Source of the DNA: Cladosporium halotolerans
Taxonomy: Eukaryota
Reading direction: 5' to 3'
NCBI RefSeq assembly: GCF_011745625.1
Contig: NW_027191452.1
Location: 248,001 to 312,000 of the forward strand
DNA length: 64,000 bases
In this document: positions 37,661-49,202 of the stretch, piece by piece
Numbering within the stretch: position 1 is the first letter of the stretch
Layout of the letters: each line of letters begins with the position of its first letter
Translations under genes and position numbers: made by a program
The notes under the pieces: generated by a model
Told to the model about the DNA's origin: nothing
What the model saw: only the letters and a program-made list of their open reading frames with translations
Database searches by the model: none

Positions 37661-38269
37661 ATGGTCAACCATCTTACTACACTTTTACCGGTCGCTAAGA
37701 GAATCAGCATGTTGTTCTGTGACAAAGCCTCGATCTGGTCTGATGAGGCTGCGGCAGTCCTGCGGCAATTTTCAAGCCAGCAACACGGTGCAGAATTCAC
37801 CGACCCATTCTTGGCCTCAGGCACGGATGGCATTCTTGCTTTCATTGCTCTTCTTGACACTGCTATCCAAGACAGAGTGACCGGCTGGAATCTTGAAAAT
37901 GCAAAGACCGCTCTGCATGTCAAGGAAGTTTCGACATCCCAGGCCGATTTCGACTTCTTCTCGCATGTTGATCCTGGCTTACGCGAACACCTACGCCAGT
38001 CATACGATCGACACAAACGAAATGGATGTGGATGCGATATTGAGGAGGGTTTGATACCGCAAGTCAGCGTTTCACCACAAGCAGCGACGCAAGAACCCCT
38101 CAATCCTCCAAAACATGTGACTGTAAAGCCAGTGAAAGAATCGAGAAGGCAGAGGAAGCGGAGAGAAAAGATCGAGTGTATGGATAAAGACAATGCCGTA
38201 ATGGAAGAGGTGAACGTAATGTTCACGCCAACATTGGGTCCTAGCGAAACAGAGAGCGAGTCAGAATGA
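37661..38269 (+). CDS. Hypothetical orphan protein, 202 aa
   Basis: ATG-initiated 202-aa ORF with protein-like composition; no motif recognised. Confidence 0.4.
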   Translation: MVNHLTTLLPVAKRISMLFCDKASIWSDEAAAVLRQFSSQQHGAEFTDPFLASGTDGILAFIALLDTAIQDRVTGWNLENAKTALHVKEVSTSQADFDFFSHVDPGLREHLRQSYDRHKRNGCGCDIEEGLIPQVSVSPQAATQEPLNPPKHVTVKPVKESRRQRKRREKIECMDKDNAVMEEVNVMFTPTLGPSETESESE

Positions 38270-38920
38270 CAGGAATGTAATAAACAAGATCTTTTGGCTA
38301 CATGTGCATCGAAGACGATGCTTGCACGTGATTGGGCGAAACCCAACATTACCGGCACATCTTGCTTCACCGAGGTGTACTAGGGTCAATCTGTCCCGCC
38401 ACATGCTGCTCAGCTGGTCAGGAGATCTCTCCCTTTGTGTCACCGCCACAATACTGAGGTAACCCAACTAATTCATGCAGACAAAGGAATCGGGCAAGTC
38501 GAAGCTTTTCGTCTGTTGCAACGGGACACCGCCTGGACGTTATCAAGCATTCTTATGGTACGATTCAAGCATTTGGCATTGCCAAAATGGAGCCAAGACG
38601 ATGTTGTGGCCAAATGTCAGGTCATCTGTGATACATTGGGTGGATTGAGCCCCATGCAGAGTCTTGAGAAAAAAGACGCTTTCCCGATGTGATCCTTGGC
38701 ACCTCAATCCTACGACAACAGCTGACGATTATCTTCACCGGTGTGCGGCTTGTGTAATATTTCTGTTTATCAATGGAGGGTGACTTCGGTAGGCCTTCAG
38801 CTTCCGATGGCGGAAACTATAGATCTTCGATGGATACAAATCCCCTCGTGCCTCGTCTGGCTTTTTACTTGTTCCGCACCCGTCAAAACTTTGCTCACCG
38901 AGGACTTACAACTTTCCACC

Positions 38921-39484
38921 ATGAAGCTCTTCGCTATCGTCAGTCTCCTCGCTTGCATTGGCCTCGCATTTGCCGCTCCAGTGGAAGCAGAAGAACCAGT
39001 CGAAGAGACAGAGGCAGAGCTAAAGGCTTCGCCAAAGATCCCCGGTTATGACCAGAGGCAGTCCAACAATGCCTGGGCTATCATCAAACAGATCAAGAAA
39101 GAGAAATTCGGCGCTAACGACCTGACTGCCTGCAAAATTGCCTTTGCGACCGCCATCACCGAATCGAACATCTACATCTATGCCAACAACAAGGTACCCG
39201 CGTCGCTGAAATACCCGTACGACAAGAAGGGTTCGGACCATGACAGCGTTGGAATCTTCCAACAACGTGCAAAATACTACCCCGTCGCGCAGGCAATGGA
39301 CCCTGCGAAATCAGCGCACTTGTTCTTCATAAAGATGAAGAATGTCAAGAACTGGAAGAAAGCAAAAACCGCCAAGCAGATCGGAGTTATTGCACAGAAG
39401 GTGCAGGTGTCTGCTTTCCCTGATCGCTATGCGAAGCATGTCGGCGAGGCCGCGAAGATCTGCAAGGCGGGCAAAATCACGTAA
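38921..39484 (+). CDS. Small secreted cationic protein with an actinobacterial-type lysozyme-like domain (187 aa)
   Basis: Good Kozak context (ccaccATG), signal peptide MKLFAIVSLLACIGLAFA and an acidic pro-region. Motifs IAFATAITES, DHDSVGIFQQR, MDPAKSA and AQKVQVSAFPDRYAK. No introns. Confidence 0.85.
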   Translation: MKLFAIVSLLACIGLAFAAPVEAEEPVEETEAELKASPKIPGYDQRQSNNAWAIIKQIKKEKFGANDLTACKIAFATAITESNIYIYANNKVPASLKYPYDKKGSDHDSVGIFQQRAKYYPVAQAMDPAKSAHLFFIKMKNVKNWKKAKTAKQIGVIAQKVQVSAFPDRYAKHVGEAAKICKAGKIT

Positions 39485-39765
39485 AGGCGTTGGCGAGCGC
39501 CAAATCTGTCTGACAAGATGACGACGATTACGGCAGTCGCGAGAATCGCCAATGCCGTGTGTTTTGCGGCACCGAGACTGTCATTACAGGAGGAAGCACC
39601 CACTGTTGGCCATTTTGGATGCTTGCCAATGTGTTCTGAGGATGTCGGTAGCCTTACCAGATGTGCGTTTCCTTAGTGACTTCAATCAATGTGCCCCCCA
39701 CCGGCCAAAGTATTTCTCCCACAACCCGTCTCTGTGAGTACCAAGAACGACACGTCGGCTCCGAG

Positions 39766-41570
39766 ATGGCTTCCCTCTGGAGCACGTGGAATGGCTACAA
39801 CCTCAGGACCCACCCCGGTCGAGGTAGGCGAGCACTGCAACGGCATCGGAAGGCTATAGGTCAAAGCTGGAGGCAAATCATCACCGATCACCCCAACGAT
39901 TACGAACAAGTCAGGGTCGAAATTTGCAATGCCATCCGTCAAGTCACGGCTCTCGAAAAGGAGATTGGCAAGACGCAACATCTCCTGAGGGTGTTAGAAC
40001 GGAGAAAAGAGGATGAAGGGGTTCACATGAAAGCCGAGCCGTACGAGGCACTGGCTGTGTTGCAGTTGAGACTTTCAGCAGCCGTGACCGAGCTGTCCGA
40101 AGTCGAGCGCCGGGTTGGACCAACTGCCGATCATATCCGACGATACGACGAGGAACGCGTGCAGAATATTGCAGCTGACATTCGCGCGACCTATACGCTC
40201 ATTTCGATTGCTCGCACGGCTGAAGAAGTTAACGCTGATGGCAGAGACCAGCGGCGAAAAGACTGGCAAAGTCACATGCAAGTAGACGTACGGCCAGGTG
40301 GAAGGAATGTCCACAAGATCGTCGGTCAAGGTGAGTGCATCTACAAGTAGTGCTAGTTCTTGCTATCATGAGCTCATCCCCGTCCTATTTAGGGAGCACA
40401 TCGACTGCCGGTCTCTGGCTCTGTGGTGACCACAACAACACGATTGTGGATCGCTTCGTCGTGAAAGACGTGTGGTTTACTGAGCGGCCCGAGCAGTGGA
40501 CAAGAGCAAGATGGTGGGTGGGAGATGTTAATGACATCCTTCGCAGAGTTCCGAGAGAAGCTCATATCATGACACGTCTCAATGAGGCATGGTCAGAGAA
40601 CATCTTACAAATGAGAAGCTGGGTGATCCGGCAACATCAGTTGATGTACAGGGTAAGTGCACGTTTCCCGTAGTATTTGAGTCCTGTGATGCGGACAAAT
40701 CCTCTACAAATCGGCCAAGAACATGGAGACTAAACAGCTGATTTTGCGCAGATGTTCCTTGAGTATTGCTCCCATGGTGATACCATTTCACTCCTGTGGC
40801 ATAGCATGGAAGCAAATTGGCGGACTCGACCTCTCAACAACAGCTGGGTTCCTGAACCAGCAATTTGGCATATTTTCGGGTCACTGGTCAAAGCAGGCCT
40901 GGTGATGGAGCAGGGAGGGATCAACCACCGCCGACAACGCTGGACACCCATCACGCATCTGGACATCAAGCCCGACAATATCTTCATTGGGGATTATCCG
41001 CCTCAACGCGATGGATCCAACTACTTCTCCATGTACCCGACGTTCAAGCTCGCAGACTTTGGCACAGTTTTCGATGCATTCCGAAACTATCCGCTAGACC
41101 AAAACTTGGATGTGGGAACCCCTGGATATTTGGCACCAGAGCAACTCTCCAGGTACTATGGACAAACGCGTCCGATACTAAATGAGAAGACGAACGTCTG
41201 GGGAGTTGGCATCACCATCATGGCTCTGATGAACCTTGACATCAACGCTGGGGAGCTCGATTTCAGGGGAGCAGCAATTAGTGACACCCACCCGAGTCTG
41301 GTGCCAAAGTTCAATGCGCACGCTCAATCGCGGTACAGCGAGGATCTTCGGGAGCTTGTCACCTGGTGCTTGCAGTATCGTCAGTACCACCGGCCTACGT
41401 TCGCCCGCCTGAGGACCAAAATCCATCAAAGCACTGGAATTGTCCCAGGCCGCACAGATCTTGCGCAGGGCGCTCGGTATGGCACGCTGAACCAGTTGCC
41501 CGCAGGTTTGACGCTACTCCCGGGCCTGGAGACCAGCAATTACACGTTGGGGTTGGCAATGCCAGCATGA
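39766..41570 (+). CDS. Divergent Ser/Thr protein kinase with an N-terminal coiled coil; introns 40331-40392, 40653-40751
   Basis: Spliced motifs IVGQGSTSTA, VVKD, REA, FLEYC, HLDIKPDN, DFG, GTPGYLAPE, NVWGVG and RPT. Confidence 0.8.
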
Positions 41571-41811
41571 TTGCCTCGACCCAGCCTGGGCTTTGGTGGA
41601 TTGTCCTGCTTTTATTTCTCTTGTTGATACTACTCTTGTCAATTTTTTCTTGTAGTTCACCAAGTTTGTTCAATAGTTGCATGTATCATGAGAATCTAGC
41701 GTCAAGTGACCTACCAGGGATTGGATAAATCTTCTTGATCCAATTGAAGTGTGACCTTGTGGAGCATTCGTGGTTGAGACGACGTAGTCATATATTGCCA
41801 TCAAGACGTAC

Positions 41812-43074
41812 TCATAGCTTCATTCTCATCTCCATGTCCCGCCACCTCCCCTCCCTGAGTGGATCGAGCTTCCTTAACTCTGCCAGCCATCCTGCCAGCT
41901 CCTTCGTTGTGACCATTTTGTTGCCTGCCTCAATGTCGAGATAAAGTCGAGAATACTCGAGTAAAGCCTGGTAAATGTACTTGCAGTCTTCTGCTCCCTC
42001 GAGCATATCCTTAATACTTTCGATCTCTTGCTCCAAGTATCCCAATCTATCTGCGTTCGTGATTGGAGATAAAACAGCAGTAGATCGTGCATAGTTAGCT
42101 GAATTGAGAGGCGAACTGCGATCCAGAGTTGACATTAGGTATTGGTGATACGACCATAAGCTTTGGTCGTAAGGATCGGTATACAGTGCCGTAGTGATGA
42201 GTTCGAATTCGCCGTCGAATAGCTTCTTTCGAGCCTCAGCGTCAGAGTCGCGCTCCTCAAGCAACCGAGGAATCAACTGGCTGCGATTGTGCCAGGCCGA
42301 GAAGTTCGACAAGTTGCTCTGGATCATCTTGGTTGTGTACTCAAACTCCGCCTCTACCATGCTCTTTCCGCCCAGCCTTTCCAATTCTCTAACTATTTTG
42401 CGCCTGTAGTCCCACGCGTGGAAGTTTCGGCTGTCAAGGGCCAGCATCTTGCTATCCAGCGCCAATTCGCCCTGCCAAAGCTGCAGGGCCGTTTTGGTGG
42501 GAAGGTGTTGAGTCGCAGTCGCTAGTAACCACGAGCGGTGATTCCAAATCCAGTAGCACTTGGGAAATTGCTTTATGAGTGGTATGAGGAATTGAAGGTC
42601 TTCCTTGACCAGCATAGCGATCTCTTGCTGCGCGAGGGTCATGGTGGCCTGCTGCCCGTCCGCACCTTCAGGCTGGCTTTCGCTGACAGCATTGTTTCCT
42701 GACTTGAGCTCTTTGTGGAAGACATCGAGGAGGAGTATGCGGCGGTAGTTCCATATCGTGTAGTATTCGGGATTTTGCTGGAGGAGGGAGGAGATCTGCT
42801 GGAAGGTGGTGTTTGCGAAGTCGCCGACTCTGATCTTGAGGACGCCTATTAGCCTACCCTTACTACTTGAAGCTTCGCGTCAGAGCGACTTACCTTCTCA
42901 CCCACCTCTTTTTCAAGCGACCGATACTGCTCGATGCGCTTGCGCTCTTTGTCTTTGGCGGCCTCGCTCTTGTCCACCGCCGCACTTGAGACGCGGGGAA
43001 CGCCGTGCTGGGCATCGTCAACCTCACATTTCTACGTGGTAACGCAGTCTGCGAGTCTCACTTACGCTTGCCAT
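41812..43074 (-). CDS. BET4: Rab geranylgeranyltransferase type II alpha subunit; introns about 43008-43065, 42835-42893
   Basis: Spliced start MAS-HGVPR. PPTA repeats NPEYYTIWNYRR, PKCYWIWNHR, DSRNFHAWDYRR, NLSNFSAWHNR and DPYDQSLWSYH. Confidence 0.92.
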
Positions 43075-43833
43075 AGTTGTTGCGGGTAGATTCGCGAGAT
43101 TGGTAGCGAAATGACGCAGTTTCGCTGTTTTGTCGGTCAAAGTCCGAGGCGCGGCGCTTTTGATCACTGGAGGCACCTGATCCAACTTGTCGAATGGTGT
43201 GGTGGGTGGTCAGTCGCACCCCTCGGCGTTGAGGGAAACGAGTTGGACAAATATGTTCTCAAACACTTTTTGCGACATTGGAGACGCCACTCAAGACACT
43301 GTGACTGAACGTGATGCTACAATTACTGCGGACTTCAGTAGGGTTACAGATGCATACTGACCGATTGCTTCCTCCAGCGGCGAAAAACATCGTGGACGCT
43401 ATTTGGGCTGCCATCCGCACCTGCTGCGCGAGTGCTTGGATCTTAGGTACCTATGTGGGTGATCGCACGCTCTTTATGACTTGACGGCTGCGACAGCACA
43501 ACCCTGTACGCGAGATTCGCCCCAAGAGTTGGGAAACGGCAAGAAGCTGCGATGTTTGAGGAAGAAGTCACAGCCCGCAACATCCTGCCATGATGCGGCT
43601 GCTCTCCGTGAACACGAGCACCTACTACCTGTGGCATTCAAGGTAAAGTAGGTAAGGCAAATTGTCATTTCTACACCCACAGACCGTCGTGGGTAGTTCT
43701 TCAATTGGCTCACACACTCCGTATGATCATCAATCGTATCACCGACATCCGCTATTGCGGCCCAAGTACCGACAGTAAGCAGAAGCTCTTGAAAGTTGAT
43801 ATCGTGTACTCACTATTTGTCGACAGATGCAAA

Positions 43834-46227
43834 ATGACCCAACACCTGTCCCAAGGAGGCGCCCATCATGGCTCCACCGCCTCTTTCGCCATCTTCGTCC
43901 CAAAAGGCAACCTATCATTGAATGCGTTATCGACTTTGACACTCCGTGCTGGGAATGCCACCAGCAGGCAGCTCTCGCAGCTGGACAGCCATGGCCCCCC
44001 GCCGTGTGGCCTCCAGGCGGCTCCGCGACGATCGGTGACCCTCCCATCGAAATGCCTGTCGTCCATAATCACAATTACTACGGAGACATCCAGTGGCGGC
44101 CAAGCCCCGGCACTCCCCGGCGTAGAAGACTGGCGCAAGACCCGAACCTTGCGGAAGACACCGTGTCTCTCGTCGACATCCCGGTTGAGGAAGAGTACAG
44201 AGTCCAAGACAGAAGCCCAACGAGGAAGGCATTATTGTCAACCTATGGCCACCACACCGAGCGACGATTACGATACATTCCGTTCCCAGTTCGAGCATCC
44301 AGTGTGCGAAGAGTTGGGAGTATCGCGACAAGACCACAGCCGGAGTCCTCTCTGGGAGAGCCTACCAAGAGATCTGACGGCACCGTACGAAGGGACTTTG
44401 CACGATTCGGCTCCGAAACTTCTATCAACACCGTATGAACTACTCCCGCAAGTAGACGGAAGCCAAGAAAAAGTCCCGAGTCCGAGTCACCATCACTGGC
44501 CAGATAGATTCATACGAGACACCCCAACCAAGGAAGCTTTCTTGCTAGCCAATAACAGCGCTGACGGAGCCGATCCGTTCGCGTCGAATGGCACTCGAAC
44601 CATCAGGATGGCGCAAAAGTATACGACTTTACGCTCAGTCAGCCATCCTACAGTTTGGACTGTCGGTGGCGCAGCAGTGACCGAGGGCGTGGCTTCGACC
44701 AGCAATGGAAGAGGCCGGCGCGTCACCAGTGGCAGTAGCGCACCGCACTACGCTGCTGAATTTCTGAGGGCACGATCTCCCACAGAGGAAACATTGACAC
44801 ATGGTCGAAGACTTGCCGTTGCCATGGACATCAATCGGACAGGACCGGTGGTATCCCCGCCTTCATCTCCTCGGTCACCGCCAGCCCTAGATTGCGGAGA
44901 AGCCTGGCAGCATGTCACCTGGAAAAATGATCGATGGGAGCGTCCGGCCGGGAAGACTCCAGCGAGGCTGAAATCATCGGCTGTGAAGAAGACGACGATT
45001 CCGTACAAGGTGCTCGACGCACCGGCGCTTCGAGACGATTTCTACTGTTCTTTGCTCGCCTACTCCAAAACCCTGCAATGCCTTGCAGTAGGCCTCGGCA
45101 TTCACGTGTACTTGTAGTCTGAACATCGTGATCCAGTTCAAGCGAAGATTCCGGATTCACTTGCCGGGCCGCGAGGCAGCTCTTTCGTCACTTCCATATC
45201 TTTCAGTTCTAACACTGGTGGAGCGGCGATTCTTGCAATCGGGCGTGCAGATGGCAAGATCACACTTTGGAGCCCGCTGGAGCCAACCCCACGGTTCAAT
45301 AGCGAGCAGCCTGCCGCAGTGTCGCATGTTTGCTTCCGACCCACGACCTACCGGCGCCGGTCGATTCGTGAAGCGACCGCGTTTGTCGAAACGGAAGAGC
45401 TTTTGGTAGGCGATGAGGCCGGCAATGTCTACCTCTACTCAGTGGAATGGCCCAACCAGGACCAGCGAGATTTATTCGATTGGCATGGTATCATGACTCT
45501 CATCGCTCGACTGAGCTGCCATACGCAACAAATCTGTGGCATTTCTTGGAGCCCTGATGGGGAGTTCTTCGCAACCGGTGGCAACGACAACAACCTCTTT
45601 CTTTTCGAAACAAAGAAAGTCTTGCGACGCTTCCGCAAGCTCGGCTCAGAAGACAACACCCGCATCCGTGTTCGCAATGACACTACGGTTGACCTAGCCG
45701 GGCAGGGTGAGGCTGCTGCGATCTTGCCTGGGCGAGAGAAGCACAAGTTCACGCTCAACGCGGCCTGCAAAGCAATTGCTTTTGCTCCTTGGCAACCGTC
45801 TCTCATTGCAGCCGGTGGCGGAAGCAATGATCGCTGCATCCACTTCTTTCATGCACTGTCCGGCGCTAGGCTAGCAACCATTGATTGCTATGCTCAAGTC
45901 ACCAGCCTCGTGTTCAATCCGCGTAAACGCGAGATCGCAGCGACATTCGGCTTCGCTCAACCCGATCATCCATATCGTGTCGCCGTCTTCGCGTGGCCAA
46001 GCTGTCGTATGGTAGCAGGCATACCATGGTGGGGAGAGGAGCGTGCCTTGTACGCCATTGAATATCCTAGTCTTGGGGGCAGTCTCGTTGTCGCAACAAG
46101 CGATGCGAGTATAAAGTTCCACGAAGTGTGGTCTGGCACAGATGGTGGTCAAGAAGCAGGAGGTATCTTTGGGAGCCCCATTCTCGATGATGAACTGATG
46201 GCTGAGCGGATTGAGACGATCAGATGA
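43834..46227 (+). CDS. AMA1: Meiosis-specific APC/C activator (Cdc20/Fizzy family, Ama1 type) interrupted by one in-frame TAG at 45115-45117
   Basis: C-box DRFI, PYKVLDAPALRDDFY, WD40 repeats (HTQQICGISWSPDG...ATGGNDN; AAGGGSNDRCIHF; QVTSL) and a C-terminal IR tail. Track ORFs 43705-45117 and 45319-46227 share a frame and are joined by a stop-free linker. The start codon is uncertain. Confidence 0.85.
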
Positions 46228-46712
46228 ACTCTTGATCTTGACGGGACCTTCATACCTGAGCTTTGCTGCGTTTGAGCCGCTTGTACAGTATCCTTTTGCC
46301 TAATCGTATCAATCCGTATTTTCATCGATAGTTTTCTTGCCTCATATGCAATGTCCTGACTACTCCTTTACTCAGGCAACCACAGTCAGTCAATCTGTGA
46401 ACAATAATGACGATAGCTTCTACATTGTGCAAGTCATATGCGCCACCTCTACCAAGTTCACGGTGATGATTCGAAGCTCGCAACGACATTTTTTCACATC
46501 GGCACCATCGAAACATACACGACGGATGTGCCTTCTGTGTTTGTGGTTAGCGAACTGTGAAGCTTGAGCTTATAACGGACGTTCGCAGGGTGCTCGGTCC
46601 AGGGCCACAGCGAGCCCTCAAAGGCTCCACATCTCCAGATTCTCCCACGAATTAACAGAATCGGCTCCACCAAGGCCACCCCAGAGGCACTCCAGCACTT
46701 CGTGAAGGTTTC

Positions 46713-46720
46713 CGGTTAAA
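46713..46720 (+). promoter_or_regulatory. CGGNTAAW (XlnR/AraR-type) site upstream of the GH51 gene
   Basis: CGGTTAAA about 200 bp before the ATG. Confidence 0.4.
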
Positions 46721-46916
46721 TCGCTGACTCGACGCACCTAAGCGAAGCCATGAAGCTGCAGCTGCAGCTGTCGAGGTCTTTAGTGTTTACGCATGATGTC
46801 GTGCCTCGGCCTTAGCTGTTGGCAACATTTGAACACATGTTCTCGTTGTTCGCTTTCTTTCTTCCTGTAGTTCAACAAAGAAGTTTAGTGACGCTCAGTA
46901 ATTACGCAAGTCCAAC

Positions 46917-48642
46917 ATGACGACCTTCACTAAGATCGAGGAAAGCGAGCAAGCCACCATCCAAGTCTTCCCTTCTCACAAGCTCAGCAAGATCAACGAC
47001 AATGTCTACGGCGGCTTTACTGAGCACATGGGACGATGCGTTTACGGCGGGCTTTATGACCCCGAGAACCCTAACAAGGACCTGATTGACAAGAATGGTT
47101 TCAGAAAAGATGTCATTGATTCTTTCAAAGAGCTCAATGTTCCAGTGGTGCGCTACCCTGGAGGCAACTTTGTCGCTACCTACCACTGGATCGACGGTGT
47201 TGGACCGAAGGACCAACGTCCCAAGAGGCCGGAGCTTGCTTGGAGAGCAAGGGCGGAAAGCAATCAGTTCGGGACGGACGAGTTCATGAAGTGGTGCGAG
47301 ATTGTTGGCACTGAGCCTTATTTGGCTTTGAACTTTGGCACTGGTATGTATATCTGTGGCTTTTCTCTGGGAAATCATCATATTGACCATCAGCAGGCAC
47401 CCTCGACGAAGGTACGCTCGGCTTGTCGTAATGAAATGAAGACATCCCCCTCAATCAACTTGAACTCCTAATCAGATGTGCTGACCGCAAAACAGCTCTT
47501 GCGTGGCTCGAATACTGCAACTCGACAAGAGACACATATTACGCCAACCTTCGCCGCAAGAATGGAAGGGAAGAGCCTTACAATGTGAAGTACTGGGCTC
47601 TCGGCAACGAGACATGGGGTCCATGGCAGGTTGAGATGGTATGCCAATCCGGTCTCCAGCTGCTGCAATATATTCTAACCAAAGGCAGATGACCAAGGAA
47701 GATTACGGGAAGAAGGCATACCAGTGGGCGAAGGCACTCAAGCTCCTGGATCCTACAATCAAGTTGATCCTCTGCGGCGAGACCGGTCACTCCGAATGGG
47801 ACTTCCACACCTTGAAGGAGTGCATCCGCTATGATCTGCACGGTCTCGGTGGTGACATGACCGCTAGCTTGATCGACATGCACAGCATTCACGTCTACAC
47901 AGCCTCCGACGACCCGGTCAAGAACGCGATAGCGCCTCGCTCTGCTGAGCGCGCAATTGAGATTTGCGCGGGTCTCATCGACCTCGCTCGTATCCAGAAC
48001 AAGGTACCCAATTCGGTTCCGAGGCAAACGATCTGCTTCGACGAATGGAATGTCTGGGATCCGAAGCGCGCCCCCGGCGAGGACGGCGCGGAAGAGACGT
48101 ACACCCTCTCAGACGCCTTGGCTGTGGCTATTTGGCTCAATGTATTTGTCCGCCAGAGCAAGTACATCGGCATGGCAAACATTGCGCAGAGCGTGAACGT
48201 GATTGCACCTTTGATGACCACTCAGAAGGGAGTGATCAAGCAGACAATCTGGTGGCCGCTTTTGCTGTTCTGCAAGTACATGCGCGGACACACCATCGCA
48301 ACGCATGTCAGCAGCGCCGCTTACGAGGGCGAAACAGAGCCTTCGTGGATCCGATCGGCAATCGACACACCGTGGTTGGATGTATCTGCTGCTGTTGGCG
48401 ACGATGGCGTCGTGAGCATGGTTGTTGTCAATGCACATAAGACCAATGCTCAGAAGGTCGACGTTTTTGGAACGAAGCCTTCGAGCGGCAGAGTCCAAGT
48501 CTACTCGATTACCGGTGACTCTTGGGACGTAACCAATATGGCAGGAACTCAAACTGTTGGAATCAAGGAGTCACAGTGGGATGGAAACGGAAGCTACGAG
48601 TTCCCCAACTTCAGTATCACGATGCTGAGATGGACGCCTTAG
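46917..48642 (+). CDS. Intracellular alpha-L-arabinofuranosidase, GH51; introns 47344-47396, 47412-47495, 47639-47688
   Basis: Motifs [25 protein letters not shown] (acid/base), FDEWNVW (nucleophile) and [10 protein letters not shown]. No signal peptide. Confidence 0.92.
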
Positions 48643-49202
48643 CTTGATGTCGTTCAAAGGCCATTTAGATAGATCGATAAATATTACAAGGATTCCTCGC
48701 GAGGTCTAGTGTACCAGATCCGAAGTGATTTGTCCCGTGCTATTCAGACATACCGACTCGTGAGGCCACTCTGATCCGATGCATACGATGAAATGCGCCC
48801 ATGATCGCCCGAGGCGTATGATAGATATCGTCGTTGTCAGTACCTCATGATCGAAGTCCCACGCGAGATTCGCGGCTCGGGGCGATCACAAAACACTGCG
48901 GTGTATGTGTGGGATCAGATGGGCACTGATCGGATCGTCCCGCCAATATCGTTACTGTGAGAGACGAGAGAAGCTTCCAAAAGCCTGTCTCGACAATTCG
49001 AGCAGATGTATTGTATATGCGAGGCGGGCCCGTGAATGCCACGATCGCCTCGCTGCGCAGTCTTTGTCTCGGCCCTCAAAATTCCAGTCGCCGGGCTGCG
49101 GTGGCTCTGGTAGGAGTGCAGGCCAACTAGTGGCCTGAAATGAAACACAAAATTGCCCAGAACCGTATGCAGAGGCATTTCCAGTCACATCCGATTGCCT
49201 CA

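Noticed and set aside
45088..45117. GTAGGC...TTGTAG as a 30-nt in-frame intron removing the AMA1 stop
   Set aside because: It is much shorter than the other introns here (53 nt or more), has no CTRAY branch point, and would delete the conserved VGLGxxVYLW strand of the first WD40 blade.
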